A DNA stretch of 64,000 nt from Microcystaceae cyanobacterium (lineage in GTDB: Bacteria > Cyanobacteriota > Cyanobacteriia > Cyanobacteriales > Microcystaceae). The position numbers and the translations under genes are program-made. The notes under the pieces were generated by a model, which searched no databases, was not told the origin of the DNA, and was given only the letters and a program-made list of their open reading frames with translations. The stretch lies in contig JBGTGT010000012.1 of assembly GCA_041746575.1 (NCBI GenBank), positions 12,943 to 76,942 on the forward strand, read 5' to 3'. Below are positions 1 to 11,045 of this stretch, piece after piece; position 1 is the first letter of the stretch; every line of letters begins with the position of its first letter.

Positions 1-1408
1 TTTCTGCTTCATTTAGCCCTAATTCGTCGTATTTTTTCTCAACTGTTTTGGTGACGGTAAAGGGCAAGGCAAATCCGGCGGTGACCATGCCATTAGTCGT
101 GTAATCTTTTGGTTCAGCGTATTTTTGCGCTAATTTTCCTAAATCCACGGTTCTTTGATACCAATTAACGGCAGATGTCGGATCAGTGCCAATTGCATAA
201 AGGTTCTGCATCTTAACCTTTAAATATTCTCTAGTTTTATTGTCTCCCAAGGTTGTCCAATATTTGGCATCTTTGAATTCTGGAGAATCCATCGGCGGAA
301 AGTGACAGCGTTGACAGTATTGAGCGTACAGTTTTTCACCTTTTTGAGCTAGTTCGGTGTCAATTGTCCCCAAAATCTCTTCTGACCACTTAGGTGCTGT
401 TAAACCCGTTTCGATAGACTCTCCTGCTAATAACTGCTCAATTTTATACAGATTTTCGACATTGACGTTAGATTCAAAAACATTAGGGGAATCGGCATCA
501 AAATTTACCCGCGCAAAAACCCCCATGGCTTCTCCTGCATTACGCGTCATTGGTTGCATCACAGACCCATTATATTGTACCCAATCAAACCAAGAGGCAG
601 ACCATAGATGAGGGAAGTTAACCGGCGCATTAATGGCAGTATAATTATCGGGATTGATTTCTGCGCCAAACACAAAATTGCCAATGCGATCAAGGGCATC
701 TAAGCGACCAAATCCTTCAGGTAAAATATCCTTATTAATGGCAGATCGAGCTTTTTTCGCAGTCAAAATTAGGTTATTGAGGTCTTCCTTTAACTTTTTC
801 TTGTTTTCTGAGTTATTTTCTTCACTTAATACATTTTCAGCGAAACGATTGAATCGAAAAGGGTCAATTTTTGTTAAAAGTAGGGCATAGCCGAGGGCAT
901 TTTTGAATTTATCAAGTTCTACCATAGCGGGTCCCCCTTCAATACGAATTCCCTTACCTTTATAATTGACTTGGGCAGTATGACAAGCCGCACAGGTAAA
1001 GCCAATGACAGTGTGGGTTTTTTGGCTCACAGGATCAAAATTATTTTCGGTTTTAGCGAAACCGACAGGTAAATCATCAGGATTGTATTTATTTTTGTAA
1101 TCAGGCAGAAATCCGAACTTAGCAAGATACTGGGGATCAGCAAAGCTTCCTGCCGGCTTAAATAAGCTCAAACTGGGCTTTTCTAAGGACATGAACCATT
1201 TGTAGGGGATAATTGCCTCAAAGCTTGATCCTTGAGAAGCATGATACCACCATTGCCATTGATCTTCTGACCAATTTTGATCCGGCCAAATGACGTCGAC
1301 GGGATCATAGGAAGGGACTTCAATCTTCGCTTTTAATTTTGCAGCAAAAGGTAGAAAAATAGCAACTGCAAGCATAAAAATGGCTAAAATTGCGCCAATA
1401 ATTTTCAT
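1..1408 (-). CDS. Di-heme cytochrome c, RoxA-like / di-heme cytochrome c peroxidase superfamily; 3' end runs off the window
   Basis: Hand translation from ATG at 1408: hydrophobic N-terminus MKIIGAILAIFMLAVAIFLPFAA, then DQNWSEDQWQWWYHASQGS, heme motif CAACH (980-994), GFGRLDALDRIGN, APVNFPHLW, WVQYNGS and second heme motif CQRCH (302-316), all in one frame. Absent from the ORF track because no stop lies in the window. Confidence 0.85.
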   Translation of the reverse strand, partial: MKIIGAILAIFMLAVAIFLPFAAKLKAKIEVPSYDPVDVIWPDQNWSEDQWQWWYHASQGSSFEAIIPYKWFMSLEKPSLSLFKPAGSFADPQYLAKFGFLPDYKNKYNPDDLPVGFAKTENNFDPVSQKTHTVIGFTCAACHTAQVNYKGKGIRIEGGPAMVELDKFKNALGYALLLTKIDPFRFNRFAENVLSEENNSENKKKLKEDLNNLILTAKKARSAINKDILPEGFGRLDALDRIGNFVFGAEINPDNYTAINAPVNFPHLWSASWFDWVQYNGSVMQPMTRNAGEAMGVFARVNFDADSPNVFESNVNVENLYKIEQLLAGESIETGLTAPKWSEEILGTIDTELAQKGEKLYAQYCQRCHFPPMDSPEFKDAKYWTTLGDNKTREYLKVKMQNLYAIGTDPTSAVNWYQRTVDLGKLAQKYAEPKDYTTNGMVTAGFALPFTVTKTVEKKYDELGLNEAE

Positions 1409-1772
1409 TTTACAGATTCTCCAGAGAAAATGTCAAAAGATGGCTATCGATGAAAGTTAGATGAGAGGATCTGACAACGCACCAAAATGATTGACCCATT
1501 GAATCGTTAAACCAATTCACAGTCAGGGGTTTAATTCTTCATTCTACATCCTGCTACGTTCATCCTTGTTTCTACACGCTTGATTATTAATATTCCGTTA
1601 AAAATTCAGTTAATTATGGCAATTATAGCAGTTTGCGACGGGGTGAGGTTTAACGAAACAGGCAACAGAGGATACATTCTCAGCAACATTTATGGAAGTT
1701 AATGGAGTACGGTTTGAAACCCTTGTTGTTCAAGCCATTAAAAAAATACAGATTGTTTTTAGAAAAAATAAC

Positions 1773-1796
1773 AAAAAAGTGGGCATTTCAGCCCAC
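1773..1796 (-). terminator. Intrinsic terminator downstream of acsF
   Basis: GTGGGC-atttca-GCCCAC hairpin next to an A-run that gives a U-tail on the minus strand. Confidence 0.7.
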
Positions 1797-1826
1797 CTAC
1801 ACTCATTGTAATAAGATTCTATCAGT

Positions 1827-2903
1827 TTAGCGTACTGTTCCTTCAAGTAGATCAACCCGAATCGGTTTCATCAGATATAGGTTGAGGAATTGCCAACCAT
1901 TAGAAACAAAGCTAGGAAGCTTACGGAGGGTTTTAACGATGCCAGAGGTATTAGAGGCATCCACCTCTCGTAATTTTCCATTATTTTTAACGCAAATCTC
2001 CAAGCGTTCGTAAAATTTAGGATTTTTAACATCCAAAATCACTGGGAAGACTCTTCCTGCCGTATCATTGGTTTTCTCAATGACTTCCTTATCGTAATCT
2101 CGCGCGTTTAAACCAATAGACTCATAGAAAGCAGACCGTTGCGTATCATTGAGATACATGGTGGCGAAGACCGATAATAGGAAGAAACGACTCCATAAGC
2201 GGGATTTCCAGCCATCAAGCATCTTAGGTGTTGCTCGCATAATCGCATCAAAGAAGTCACCATGACGGTTTTCATCTTGACACCAATTTTCAAAAAAGCG
2301 GAAAATAGGATAAATACAGTCTTCTGGATGCTGTTCTAAGTGACGGTAGATGGTGATATATCGCCAATAACCAATCTTTTCAGAAAGGTAAGTGGCATAA
2401 AAGATAAATTCAGGTTTAAAAAAAGTATAATTGCGACTTTTTGTTAAAAAACCGAGGTCAAGGGTTAAATTAAAGTCAGACATTGCTTTATTTAAGAAAC
2501 CCGCATGACGCGCTTCATCTCGTGACATGAGGAGAAAGCATTCTGCTAAAAGGGGACTTTTGCCTTTCAAACGTCGTCCGAGTTCTTTATAGAGCAGAAA
2601 ACCTGAAAATTCAGCCGTACAGGAACGCTCAAGAAATTCAATGAACAAACGGCGAGTTTCTTCGTCTAAATGATCCCACGTTTGATTAAATTGCTCATCT
2701 CGCACAAAGTGATGACGGTTGTAGTCAACTCGAAATTCCTCTAAAATTGCACGTAGTTCCGCTTCGTTGACTGAGATGTCCATCTGCGCCATCGCTTCAA
2801 AGTCGGTCGTATAAAACCGAGGGGTGAGAATGGTTTCCTTAGCAGGAGATTTAACACCCGGACGGATTTCTTCAAATTCTTGTTTGTTGACGGTTGCTAC
2901 CAT
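1827..2903 (-). CDS. acsF: Mg-protoporphyrin IX monomethyl ester oxidative cyclase
   Basis: [36 protein letters not shown] and DENRHGD di-iron motifs. Confidence 0.97.
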   Translation of the reverse strand: MVATVNKQEFEEIRPGVKSPAKETILTPRFYTTDFEAMAQMDISVNEAELRAILEEFRVDYNRHHFVRDEQFNQTWDHLDEETRRLFIEFLERSCTAEFSGFLLYKELGRRLKGKSPLLAECFLLMSRDEARHAGFLNKAMSDFNLTLDLGFLTKSRNYTFFKPEFIFYATYLSEKIGYWRYITIYRHLEQHPEDCIYPIFRFFENWCQDENRHGDFFDAIMRATPKMLDGWKSRLWSRFFLLSVFATMYLNDTQRSAFYESIGLNARDYDKEVIEKTNDTAGRVFPVILDVKNPKFYERLEICVKNNGKLREVDASNTSGIVKTLRKLPSFVSNGWQFLNLYLMKPIRVDLLEGTVR

Positions 2904-3044
2904 GTTTTTATATCAGTTTTTTCTTTTACTTTGATTAGGCGACCCGATGGTGTGGCAATTTTCAGTCGTTTGCTCGCTGATCCATCAGAGACACAGGTTA
3001 CACTTTACAGGATTTAGTAACGGTCGGCTATTGATCGTGGCGGG

Positions 3045-3062
3045 TTTTTAACATTTTGTAAC
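3045..3062 (-). promoter_or_regulatory. HLR1-like (RpaB) direct repeat upstream of acsF
   Basis: Minus strand GTTACAAA-at-GTTAAAAA; candidate -10 TAAAGT at 3007-3002. Confidence 0.5.
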
Positions 3063-3281
3063 GGTATGGCGTAGGGATTCAAGACGGTCACTTATTCAAT
3101 AACCGCAGATTTCATCACTCCCTTAAAAGCACGGATCTAGGACAATAAAATTACAGAATTACGCCTTATGATGCCGAGCGATCGCCCTTTTCATCAGTTC
3201 ATTCAATCGCTAAAATTAGCATGTAAGATTACGTTTATGCCCAATAAAGCAACTCGGCTTAAGATTACACGCTTTTAATCA

Positions 3282-4244
3282 TTATGGATGAATACTGCCA
3301 TCCGGCATAGTGGCCTCCGTTAAATTAATACTGCTGATACTGCTATTACGGAAACTGACATTTCTTAAATCTGCCCCTTTTAAAGTAGCATCAATCAAAT
3401 TTGCGCCCTTAAGTTGGGCTTTGATTAGATAACTATGATAGAGTAAGGCATAAGCCAAATTTGCCCCCTTAAGCTTTGCACCTCTTAACTTAGTTTCTTT
3501 GAGAATCGCTGAACTGAGATCAACACAACTCGACAAAGTGAGCGAACGCAGATTAAATTCAGAAAGCGTCACCAAACTGAGATTCACTTCTCTCAACACT
3601 GCTCCGGCTAGACTTGCGCCTTTGAGGTTTGCTTTCCGTAAATTAGCTCCTTGTAAAAAAGCATTTTGTAAATTACAGTCCCGTAAAATACTCTCACTGA
3701 GATCAGCTTTATAAAAATTCGCATCACTTAAATCTGCTTCTTGAAGATCTGCTTCACTTAAATCTGCTCTTGTTAGATTTCCCCCACTCAAATCCACCCC
3801 ACTTAAATCAGCACCACTCAAATCGGCGCGGCTCAAATTCACTCCACTGAAATTTGCCCCCACTAAATTTGCCCCAATTAAGGTCGTTCCTCTTAAATCT
3901 GCTTGATTGAGGTTAGTTTGCTTGAGATTAGCTTCAGTCAAGTCTGCCCCACTCAGATTTGCTCGCTCTAAGTTTACCCAACTTAGGTCGGCATAACTTA
4001 AATCCGCACCGCTCAAATCGGCTTCCACGAGAGAAGCACTCATCAGACAGGCATGAATCAAATCGCTCCGATTCAAATTTGCCTTTCTCAAATTCGTCCC
4101 ACTCAGATTTGCCCAATCCAGTGCAGTCCGACTTAAATTGATTTCACTTAAATCAACCTGAATCAGCTCAGCTCGTTGTAAATCTAAACGGCAAAAATCC
4201 CGTTTTCCTTGTGAATATTTCCAAACCAGTTCTTCCCCATCCAT
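3282..4244 (-). CDS. Pentapeptide repeat protein
   Basis: Continuous A(D/N)LxX pentapeptide repeats; typical C-terminal MPDGSIHP. Confidence 0.95.
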   Translation of the reverse strand: MDGEELVWKYSQGKRDFCRLDLQRAELIQVDLSEINLSRTALDWANLSGTNLRKANLNRSDLIHACLMSASLVEADLSGADLSYADLSWVNLERANLSGADLTEANLKQTNLNQADLRGTTLIGANLVGANFSGVNLSRADLSGADLSGVDLSGGNLTRADLSEADLQEADLSDANFYKADLSESILRDCNLQNAFLQGANLRKANLKGASLAGAVLREVNLSLVTLSEFNLRSLTLSSCVDLSSAILKETKLRGAKLKGANLAYALLYHSYLIKAQLKGANLIDATLKGADLRNVSFRNSSISSINLTEATMPDGSIHP

Positions 4245-4277
4245 ATATCGTTTTTTAGCTGAATTCAGCTTAATTAT

Positions 4278-4307
4278 AAAAAAAAAGAAGGGTTGCTTTC
4301 CCTTCTT
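4278..4307 (-). terminator. Intrinsic terminator downstream of rpsA
   Basis: AAGAAGGG-ttgcttt-CCCTTCTT hairpin with adjacent A-run (U-tail on the minus strand). Confidence 0.7.
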
Positions 4308-4330
4308 CTATCATAGGCTTTTAACCGATT

Positions 4331-5362
4331 TTATTCTTCTGTTGCTGAGATATCATCATTGTCATTCTCTTCATTATCTGTTGCCGAATCTGTTATCGAG
4401 GGAATTACTTCTTCCGTTTTGGCCTCTTCCTCCTCAGGCGCTTCAAGGGGTTTTCCTTCTAGTTCTGCCAGTAATTTCTGACGGTACTTTTCAGCCATTT
4501 CTTCAGCTTTCTCGAAGACTAACGCCCGATTGCTTAACATGTCTCCCGCTTCTGGCTCCAGTTGCTTCGTAGAGAGGGAAATTCTGCCCCGCTCTGCATC
4601 CAGATCAATAATCATGACTTTGAGTTCATCATTCACCCCGAAAACGCTGTGAGGGGTATCAATATGATTATGGGAAATTTCAGAAATGTGCAGCAGTCCA
4701 CTGACTCCACCAATATCAATAAACGCACCGTAGGGCTTAATACCGCGCACTGAGCCGATGACGACCTGTCCTACTTCTAAACCATTCATCTTCCGTTCTA
4801 CTAAGGCGCGACGATGACTTAGGACGAGACGGTTTCGTTCTTCGTCTACTTCTAAGAATTTTAGCGGTAAATCTTCCCCCACTAAGTCCTCTTTGGCTTC
4901 TTTGGTACTAATGTGAGATCCTGGAATAAACCCTCTTAGTCCCTCAATTCGGACTAATGCGCCCCCTCTATTGGTGGCAAAAACGATGGAGCGTACCGTC
5001 GCATCTTCTTGCTGTAACTGACGTACCCGCTCCCATGCTCGCATATATTCAATACGACGAATCGAAAGGGTTAATTGTCCATCTTCGTTTTCATCAGTTA
5101 GAATGAAAAATTCACGAGTTTCGTTGGACTGTAGCACTTCCTCTGGTGCATCCACCCGATTGATCGACATTTCTTGAATAGGAATGTAAGCAGCAGTTTT
5201 TGCGCCAATATCAATTAATGCGCCTCTGGGTTCCATACTAAAAACAGTCCCTGCCACAATGTCACCGGGGCTGAAATGATAATCATATTTGTCCAGAAGT
5301 CGTTCAAAATCTTCGTGCGTAAAGCCAATGTCTCTAGTGGGTTGTGTTGTTGAACTTACCAT
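4331..5362 (-). CDS. rpsA: 30S ribosomal protein S1 (cyanobacterial, three S1 domains)
   Basis: IGFTHEDF..LLDKYDYHFSPGDIV; S1 repeats GALIDIG, GLRGFIPGSH, GLLHISEIS. Confidence 0.96.
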   Translation of the reverse strand: MVSSTTQPTRDIGFTHEDFERLLDKYDYHFSPGDIVAGTVFSMEPRGALIDIGAKTAAYIPIQEMSINRVDAPEEVLQSNETREFFILTDENEDGQLTLSIRRIEYMRAWERVRQLQQEDATVRSIVFATNRGGALVRIEGLRGFIPGSHISTKEAKEDLVGEDLPLKFLEVDEERNRLVLSHRRALVERKMNGLEVGQVVIGSVRGIKPYGAFIDIGGVSGLLHISEISHNHIDTPHSVFGVNDELKVMIIDLDAERGRISLSTKQLEPEAGDMLSNRALVFEKAEEMAEKYRQKLLAELEGKPLEAPEEEEAKTEEVIPSITDSATDNEENDNDDISATEE

Positions 5363-5392
5363 GTACGTTGTAGATCCTAATCTTTTTTTTAT

Positions 5393-5540
5393 GAGGATTG
5401 CCTCCTAGTCGTTGACCATTGCCTTCTCTGAAAGCAGACTTTCAGGGAACGCCGAGAGACGCTCAATCCTTAACAGGAGAAACGTCTTCTTCAAGGACGA
5501 TCAATGTCCTCTCGCCCGACTCAACCTGCAGGTTGCAGGA
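5393..5540 (-). promoter_or_regulatory. Structured 5' leader of rpsA (several stem-loops)
   Basis: Hairpins at 5393-5404, 5424-5449, about 5456-5487 (nested), 5494-5510 and 5525-5539. Confidence 0.45.
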
Positions 5541-5799
5541 TACCGTATAGGAGTGTGCGTATATTGGAATCAATCTAATTTCAAGATACAGACTCTTTAT
5601 TATAATTTATCATGACCTCCTTGTGGGAAAAATCTCAAGGTGCTACCTCATGGCAAAAGTGGCGACTGACCTGATACGATGATCTGCTTAACTCAGGTTA
5701 TTCGGGGCTGATTGACGATCATCGGTCAGGTTTTCAGGTATCAAAGCTATAAATATCCTTAAATATCATTGATGGTTGAGTCGGTTTCAACTATCAGAT

Positions 5800-7881
5800 C
5801 TAATCAATCGGTTCGTAATCACTGGAAATTGTCGCCCCCGGATCATAATCCGTCGCTTCATCGGGGGTTTCATCGTTTGGAGTAGTTAAATTGAGGGTTT
5901 CTTTCGCATCAAAATCTAAGTTTAAGGTATCTGTACTGTTAAAGGTTGTTTGGGTGGGTTGATCATTGGTATCAGCGACGGGATGTTTTAAGCCAGTCAC
6001 CATCGATTCAAGGGGTTCATAGGACTTAGACTTAGTATAAGAGGAATGGCTTTGAGTTTGAGCATTCGGAGACGCACCTTGGTAAATACGACTGCCAATT
6101 TCCAGAATAATCGAGCGGAAGTCTTCTAGAATTGTTCTGAGTTGTTCTAGGCTAATAGTAGGATTTTGTAGAGATTCTTTAAGTTTGTCTCGTTTTTTAT
6201 CGCTAGCGATCTTGAGGTCTTCGGGAATTAAATCCGCATTTTGTTTCAGCGTATCTTCATAAGTGTAAAAGAGACTATCGGCTTGATTGCGTAGTTCAAC
6301 AATTTGCATCCGACGACGATCTTGATCGGCGTAACGTTCGGCATCCTTCCGCATTCGCTCAATATCACCCCCGCTCAATCCGCCCGTATTACTAATTAAA
6401 ATTCCCTGTTCTTTATTCGTTCCTTGATCTAAGGCACCCACTTTCAAAATACCATTAACATCAATTTCAAAAGAGACCTCAATCTGGGGTACACCCCTAG
6501 GGGCAGGGGGAATGCCCGTCAGCAGAAACTTGCCTAAGCTTTTATTATCTTTGGCCATCGCCCGTTCTCCCTGTAATATATGAATTTCTACAGAGGTTTG
6601 ACCATCGGCCGCTGTAGAGAAGACTTCTGAGCGACTGGTAGGAATCGTGGTATTACGTTCGATAATTTTTGTAAAGACTTCCCCCAAGGTTTCAATGCCT
6701 AAAGATAAGGGAGTGACATCGAGTAGTAACACATCTTCAACATCGCCGCCTAACACGCCACCTTGAATCGCGGCCCCTAAAGCCACCGCCTCGTCTGGAT
6801 TAATCGAGCGATCCATCTGACTGCTGGCAAAACGATCTTTAATCAATTGCTGCACGGCAGGAATGCGAGTTGATCCCCCAACGAAAATCACCCGTTGGAT
6901 TTGACTTGGCTGTAATTCAGCGTCTTTTAAGGCTTGATTAACGGGATTAAGGGTTGCTTGGACAAGATCCTTGCTGAGTTCTTCAAATTTGGAGCGAGTG
7001 AGTTCAATTTCGAGGTGTTTAGGTCCATTTTCGTCTGCTGTAATAAAGGGCAAATTAATACTGGTGGTGACCATACTCGACAGTTCAATTTTGGCTTTTT
7101 CTGCCGCTTCCCGCAGACGTTGCAGAGCCATCTTATCCGCTTTGAGATCAATAGCCTCTTGGGCTTGAAAATTCTCCAAAAGCCACTCAACGATCACATT
7201 ATCAAAATCATCGCCGCCTAAGTGGTTATTGCCCGATGTGCCTTTAACTTCAAAAATGCCTTTGCCCAACTGAAGCACAGAAACATCAAACGTTCCTCCG
7301 CCTAAATCAAATACTAAAATATATTGATCAATATTTTGTTTATCTAAGCCATAGGCTAACGCCGCCGCCGTCGGTTCATTAATAATCCGCAACACGGTTA
7401 AACCCGCGATCGTTCCAGCATCCTTGGTGGCTTGACGTTGGGCATCGGTAAAATAAGCGGGAACCGTAATCACCGCCTCCGCTACAGGTTCATTGAGGTA
7501 ATCTTCAGCATCGGCCTTCAATTTTTGCAGAATCATAGCGGAAATTTCTTGGGATGTAAATTGTCGACCCCGAATATCCACATTTACCGTGTTATCTTGC
7601 CCCTTAACCGTCGTATAGGTTACCCGCGACCGTTCGATCTCCGTTTCATCCCAGCGACGGCCAATAAACCGCTTAATGCTATAGACGGTATTTTCCGCAT
7701 TGGTTACCGCTTGCCGTTTAGCCAATTGACCGACTAAACGCTGGTTCGATTTACCAAAACCGACGATACTGGGGGTGGTTCTGCCCCCTTCCGAGCTTTG
7801 CATAACAACGGGCTGTCCCCCTTCAAGCACGGAGACACAACTGTTCGTGGTTCCGAGATCAATACCGATTACTTTACCCAT
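5800..7881 (-). CDS. dnaK: Chaperone DnaK (cyanobacterial DnaK1-type, grpE-linked, extended C-terminus)
   Basis: [38 protein letters not shown]. Confidence 0.96.
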   Translation of the reverse strand: MGKVIGIDLGTTNSCVSVLEGGQPVVMQSSEGGRTTPSIVGFGKSNQRLVGQLAKRQAVTNAENTVYSIKRFIGRRWDETEIERSRVTYTTVKGQDNTVNVDIRGRQFTSQEISAMILQKLKADAEDYLNEPVAEAVITVPAYFTDAQRQATKDAGTIAGLTVLRIINEPTAAALAYGLDKQNIDQYILVFDLGGGTFDVSVLQLGKGIFEVKGTSGNNHLGGDDFDNVIVEWLLENFQAQEAIDLKADKMALQRLREAAEKAKIELSSMVTTSINLPFITADENGPKHLEIELTRSKFEELSKDLVQATLNPVNQALKDAELQPSQIQRVIFVGGSTRIPAVQQLIKDRFASSQMDRSINPDEAVALGAAIQGGVLGGDVEDVLLLDVTPLSLGIETLGEVFTKIIERNTTIPTSRSEVFSTAADGQTSVEIHILQGERAMAKDNKSLGKFLLTGIPPAPRGVPQIEVSFEIDVNGILKVGALDQGTNKEQGILISNTGGLSGGDIERMRKDAERYADQDRRRMQIVELRNQADSLFYTYEDTLKQNADLIPEDLKIASDKKRDKLKESLQNPTISLEQLRTILEDFRSIILEIGSRIYQGASPNAQTQSHSSYTKSKSYEPLESMVTGLKHPVADTNDQPTQTTFNSTDTLNLDFDAKETLNLTTPNDETPDEATDYDPGATISSDYEPID

Positions 7882-7968
7882 AATTCATCCATCTCATTAA
7901 TCATAAATCGTGAGATTTGGAAGGGAGGGCATTACAACATTACACCCTTTTGCCCTATCCCTGAACGG

Positions 7969-8715
7969 TTACGCCGATGATTCTTCTGTTGTCTCTTGAG
8001 CAGGGACTTCGGTTTCCACCCCACTATCGGATTCTGCGGTTGTTGCTACCTTAACTAGCGCATGGCGTAGGACTTGATCGCCCAATAAGTAGCCTCTGAC
8101 TAGTTGGTCGAGGACAGTCCCTTCGGGGTATTCTGAGGAGGGTTCTTGTAACATCGCTTCATGATAAACGGGATCAAACGGTTCGCCTTTAGGATTCATC
8201 GCCGACACCCCCAAGCGTTTCAGACTATCTACTAGATTTTTGTAAACGCTTTGGTAACTATTATGGATCGCCGCCTCTCCCTCATCATCGGGCTTAATTT
8301 GGGTTCTGGCTCGTTCAAAATTGTCGACTACCCCTAATAATTCCCGCAAGGTTTGACATTTAACTTGGATTTCCAAGTCTTGTTTTTCTTTTTGAGTCCG
8401 TTTACGAAAATTGTCAAACTCCGCAGCAAGGGAAATATAACGCGTTTTGAGGGCATCCCCCTGTTGCCGTTGTTCTGCCAATTCTTGCTGAAGATTGGTG
8501 ATTTCTTGGGATAAGACCATCATAATTTCGTCAGGAGTCCTTTGAGCAGCTGCCTCAGTCGATTCAGCCACGGAAGCATCCGTTTCACTCATTTCAGACG
8601 GGGCGTTCGCCGTATCCGAAGGAGACTCTGAGGGAGAAACCGAGACGGGGAGGTGAGACGCTTCTAATTGTTCCTCTTGTAAGGGTTCTTCTATGCGGTT
8701 GGGCTGCTCAATCAT
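7969..8715 (-). CDS. grpE: Nucleotide exchange factor GrpE
   Basis: [41 protein letters not shown]; adjacent to dnaK. Confidence 0.96.
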   Translation of the reverse strand: MIEQPNRIEEPLQEEQLEASHLPVSVSPSESPSDTANAPSEMSETDASVAESTEAAAQRTPDEIMMVLSQEITNLQQELAEQRQQGDALKTRYISLAAEFDNFRKRTQKEKQDLEIQVKCQTLRELLGVVDNFERARTQIKPDDEGEAAIHNSYQSVYKNLVDSLKRLGVSAMNPKGEPFDPVYHEAMLQEPSSEYPEGTVLDQLVRGYLLGDQVLRHALVKVATTAESDSGVETEVPAQETTEESSA

Positions 8716-8948
8716 AATTAAAGTCTAGATGATGCTTTCAAGTCCAATAATCGGAGGGGGTAAACCATTGATTAAAATGGCCTCCCTTACCAGTATAAGA
8801 GACGAATCTGCCGATTTTAGTGGGCGGTTTAAGATCTGTTAGATTGTGGTATTTTTCAAGCCCTTTATAGATTTTTACAAACCCTATTAATTTTTCGAGC
8901 GATTGTGGGAACACTGGGGGAAGTAAGGATGATTCTCTTGATGCTGCT

Positions 8949-10973
8949 ATGACTTCTAGCCCTTCCCAAGCGCGAGCAACCAAGGCACTTGCCCGCCTTA
9001 ATTATTTCTCCCCCTTTGGCAACAAACTGATCAAATCGGGTTATGCCGACCAAGATCAGGTGAAAAAAGCCTTGATGGAAACCCGTAAATCCGGCCGTCC
9101 TTTCGTGGATTTGTTGCAACAAATTACTGGGAGACAACTTCCCCCAGAACTGGTGCGAGAACATAAGAAAAATCATTTATTTGAACTAAAAATCCTCTAT
9201 GGAGTGGATTTTCTCGATCCAGAAGTTCGTCCCGTTGGCAGTCGGGAAATGGCCGACTTGATCAATTCTCTTATTGCCTTGGATCTCTGCCGTCGCTATA
9301 AAGTCATTCCCCTCATCAAACAAGATAGCATCCCCCCTACCCTTTTGGTGGCGATGGTTAATCCCGATGATTTAGATGCGCAAGATGATCTAAATCGGAT
9401 TTTACGGGCCAGAGGATACGAATTGAGGCGAATGGTCATTACAATGGAAGACTATAATAGTCTTTTGGAAAAATATGACGAAATTCAATCAGAAATAAAC
9501 CAAGAAAAAGAACGGCTGGATAAGGAAAAAGCCCTTCAGAAACTAGGAGATATTACCGATATTCTCGGTACAATAGAAGACAATTCCCTACAGTCGGTCG
9601 GTGATGAAAATGCCGATGACCTAGATAGTGGTGATTCCACCAAAGGCCCTGTTATCAAATTAGTCGATAAAATCCTCGCCAAAGCCCTACAGGAACAAGC
9701 CTCAGATATTCACGTTGAACCTCAAGAAGAATCTTTAAGAGTGCGTTTTCGTCGAGATGGAGTACTGCACCCAGCTTTTGATCCTCTTCCCCGACAAGTG
9801 ACCCCTGCAGTGGTCGCTCGCTTTAAAATTATGGCAGATTTAGATATTGCTGAACGAAGATTGCCCCAAGATGGTAAAATTCGCCGTATTTACGAAGGTA
9901 GAAAGGTGGATTTTCGGGTTAATACCCTGCCCAGTCGTTACGGAGAAAAAGTCTGTTTACGGATTTTAGATAACTCTGCGACCCAATTAGGACTGGATTT
10001 TCTGATTACCAATCAAGAAACCCTGCAAATTGTCCGAGACTTAGCCAGTCGTCCCTTTGGTTTGCTTTTGGTGACAGGACCTACGGGATCGGGGAAATCC
10101 ACCAGTCTCTATTCTGTCTTAGCGGAACGAAACCATCCTGGAGTCAATATTAGTACCGCCGAAGATCCTATTGAATATTCTTTGCCCGGTATTACTCAAG
10201 TCCAAGTGATTCGGGAAAAAGGAATGGATTTTGCTTCCATTCTACGGGCATTTATGCGACAAGATCCCGATGTCATTCTAGTAGGAGAAACGCGAGACAA
10301 AGAAACTGCCAAAACCGCTATTGAAGCCGCTTTAACGGGTCACTTGGTCTTAACAACCCTTCATACCAACGATGCGGCAGGCGCGATCGCCCGTCTCGAT
10401 GAAATGGGTGTTGAACCTTTTATGGTATCGGGCTCATTACTCGGTGTCCTTGCCCAACGGCTGATGCGGAAAGTCTGTAGTGAGTGTCGTCAAGCTTACC
10501 AGCCCAGTAAAGAAGAATTAGCCCGTTTTGGACTTTCTGCTTCGGGAGATGAACCGATTACGATTTATCAAGCTAACTCCCTCAATCCCGAACAAATTGC
10601 CGAAGCCAGCCAAAAAGGAACACTTTGTCCAAAATGTAACGGCAGTGGCTACAAAGGTCGGGTCGGGGTTTATGAAGTAATGCGTAATACTGAACGAGTT
10701 CAAAAATTGATCAATGAGGGAGCCACGACGGACTTAATTAAGGATGCGGCTGTTGAAGAAGGCATGGTTACGCTTCTCGCCTACAGCCTCAATCTGGTGC
10801 AGGAAGGTCATACCACCCTCGAAGAAGTAGAACGGGTGACCTTTACCGATACCGGACTAGAAGCCGAGCTTAAAGCAAAACGTAAGACTTCTCTAACCTG
10901 TCGTATCTGTCACGCTGAATTACAACAAGATTGGGTCGATTGTCCTTTCTGTATGACGCCGCGCTTTCAGTAA
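8949..10973 (+). CDS. pilB: Type IV pilus assembly ATPase PilB (PilB1-type)
   Basis: GPTGSGKS, EDPIE, RQDPDVILVGETRD, LTTLHTND, tetra-Cys motif, extra C-terminal CxxC..CPFC; in the pilB-pilT-pilC cluster. Confidence 0.96.
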   Translation: MTSSPSQARATKALARLNYFSPFGNKLIKSGYADQDQVKKALMETRKSGRPFVDLLQQITGRQLPPELVREHKKNHLFELKILYGVDFLDPEVRPVGSREMADLINSLIALDLCRRYKVIPLIKQDSIPPTLLVAMVNPDDLDAQDDLNRILRARGYELRRMVITMEDYNSLLEKYDEIQSEINQEKERLDKEKALQKLGDITDILGTIEDNSLQSVGDENADDLDSGDSTKGPVIKLVDKILAKALQEQASDIHVEPQEESLRVRFRRDGVLHPAFDPLPRQVTPAVVARFKIMADLDIAERRLPQDGKIRRIYEGRKVDFRVNTLPSRYGEKVCLRILDNSATQLGLDFLITNQETLQIVRDLASRPFGLLLVTGPTGSGKSTSLYSVLAERNHPGVNISTAEDPIEYSLPGITQVQVIREKGMDFASILRAFMRQDPDVILVGETRDKETAKTAIEAALTGHLVLTTLHTNDAAGAIARLDEMGVEPFMVSGSLLGVLAQRLMRKVCSECRQAYQPSKEELARFGLSASGDEPITIYQANSLNPEQIAEASQKGTLCPKCNGSGYKGRVGVYEVMRNTERVQKLINEGATTDLIKDAAVEEGMVTLLAYSLNLVQEGHTTLEEVERVTFTDTGLEAELKAKRKTSLTCRICHAELQQDWVDCPFCMTPRFQ

Positions 10974-11045
10974 ACCGTGTTTTTCGTGATCAGTCCTTAA
11001 AAACCTAACCCTACTAAATATCCCAAAAAGGAGCGAAACCTCATA

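Noticed and set aside
357..890. Plus-strand ORFs 357..611 and 654..890, and the many other short overlapping ORFs in the track
   Set aside because: They are antisense or off-frame shadows of well-supported genes and have no recognisable motifs.
3282..4244. 15-bp periodic DNA repeats as a repeat array or CRISPR
   Set aside because: Fully explained by pentapeptide-repeat coding. No CRISPR array or cas gene was seen anywhere in the window.
10890..10973. Extra C-terminal Cys motif of PilB as a novelty
   Set aside because: This is a known feature of cyanobacterial PilB1 (the region implicated in Hfq binding).
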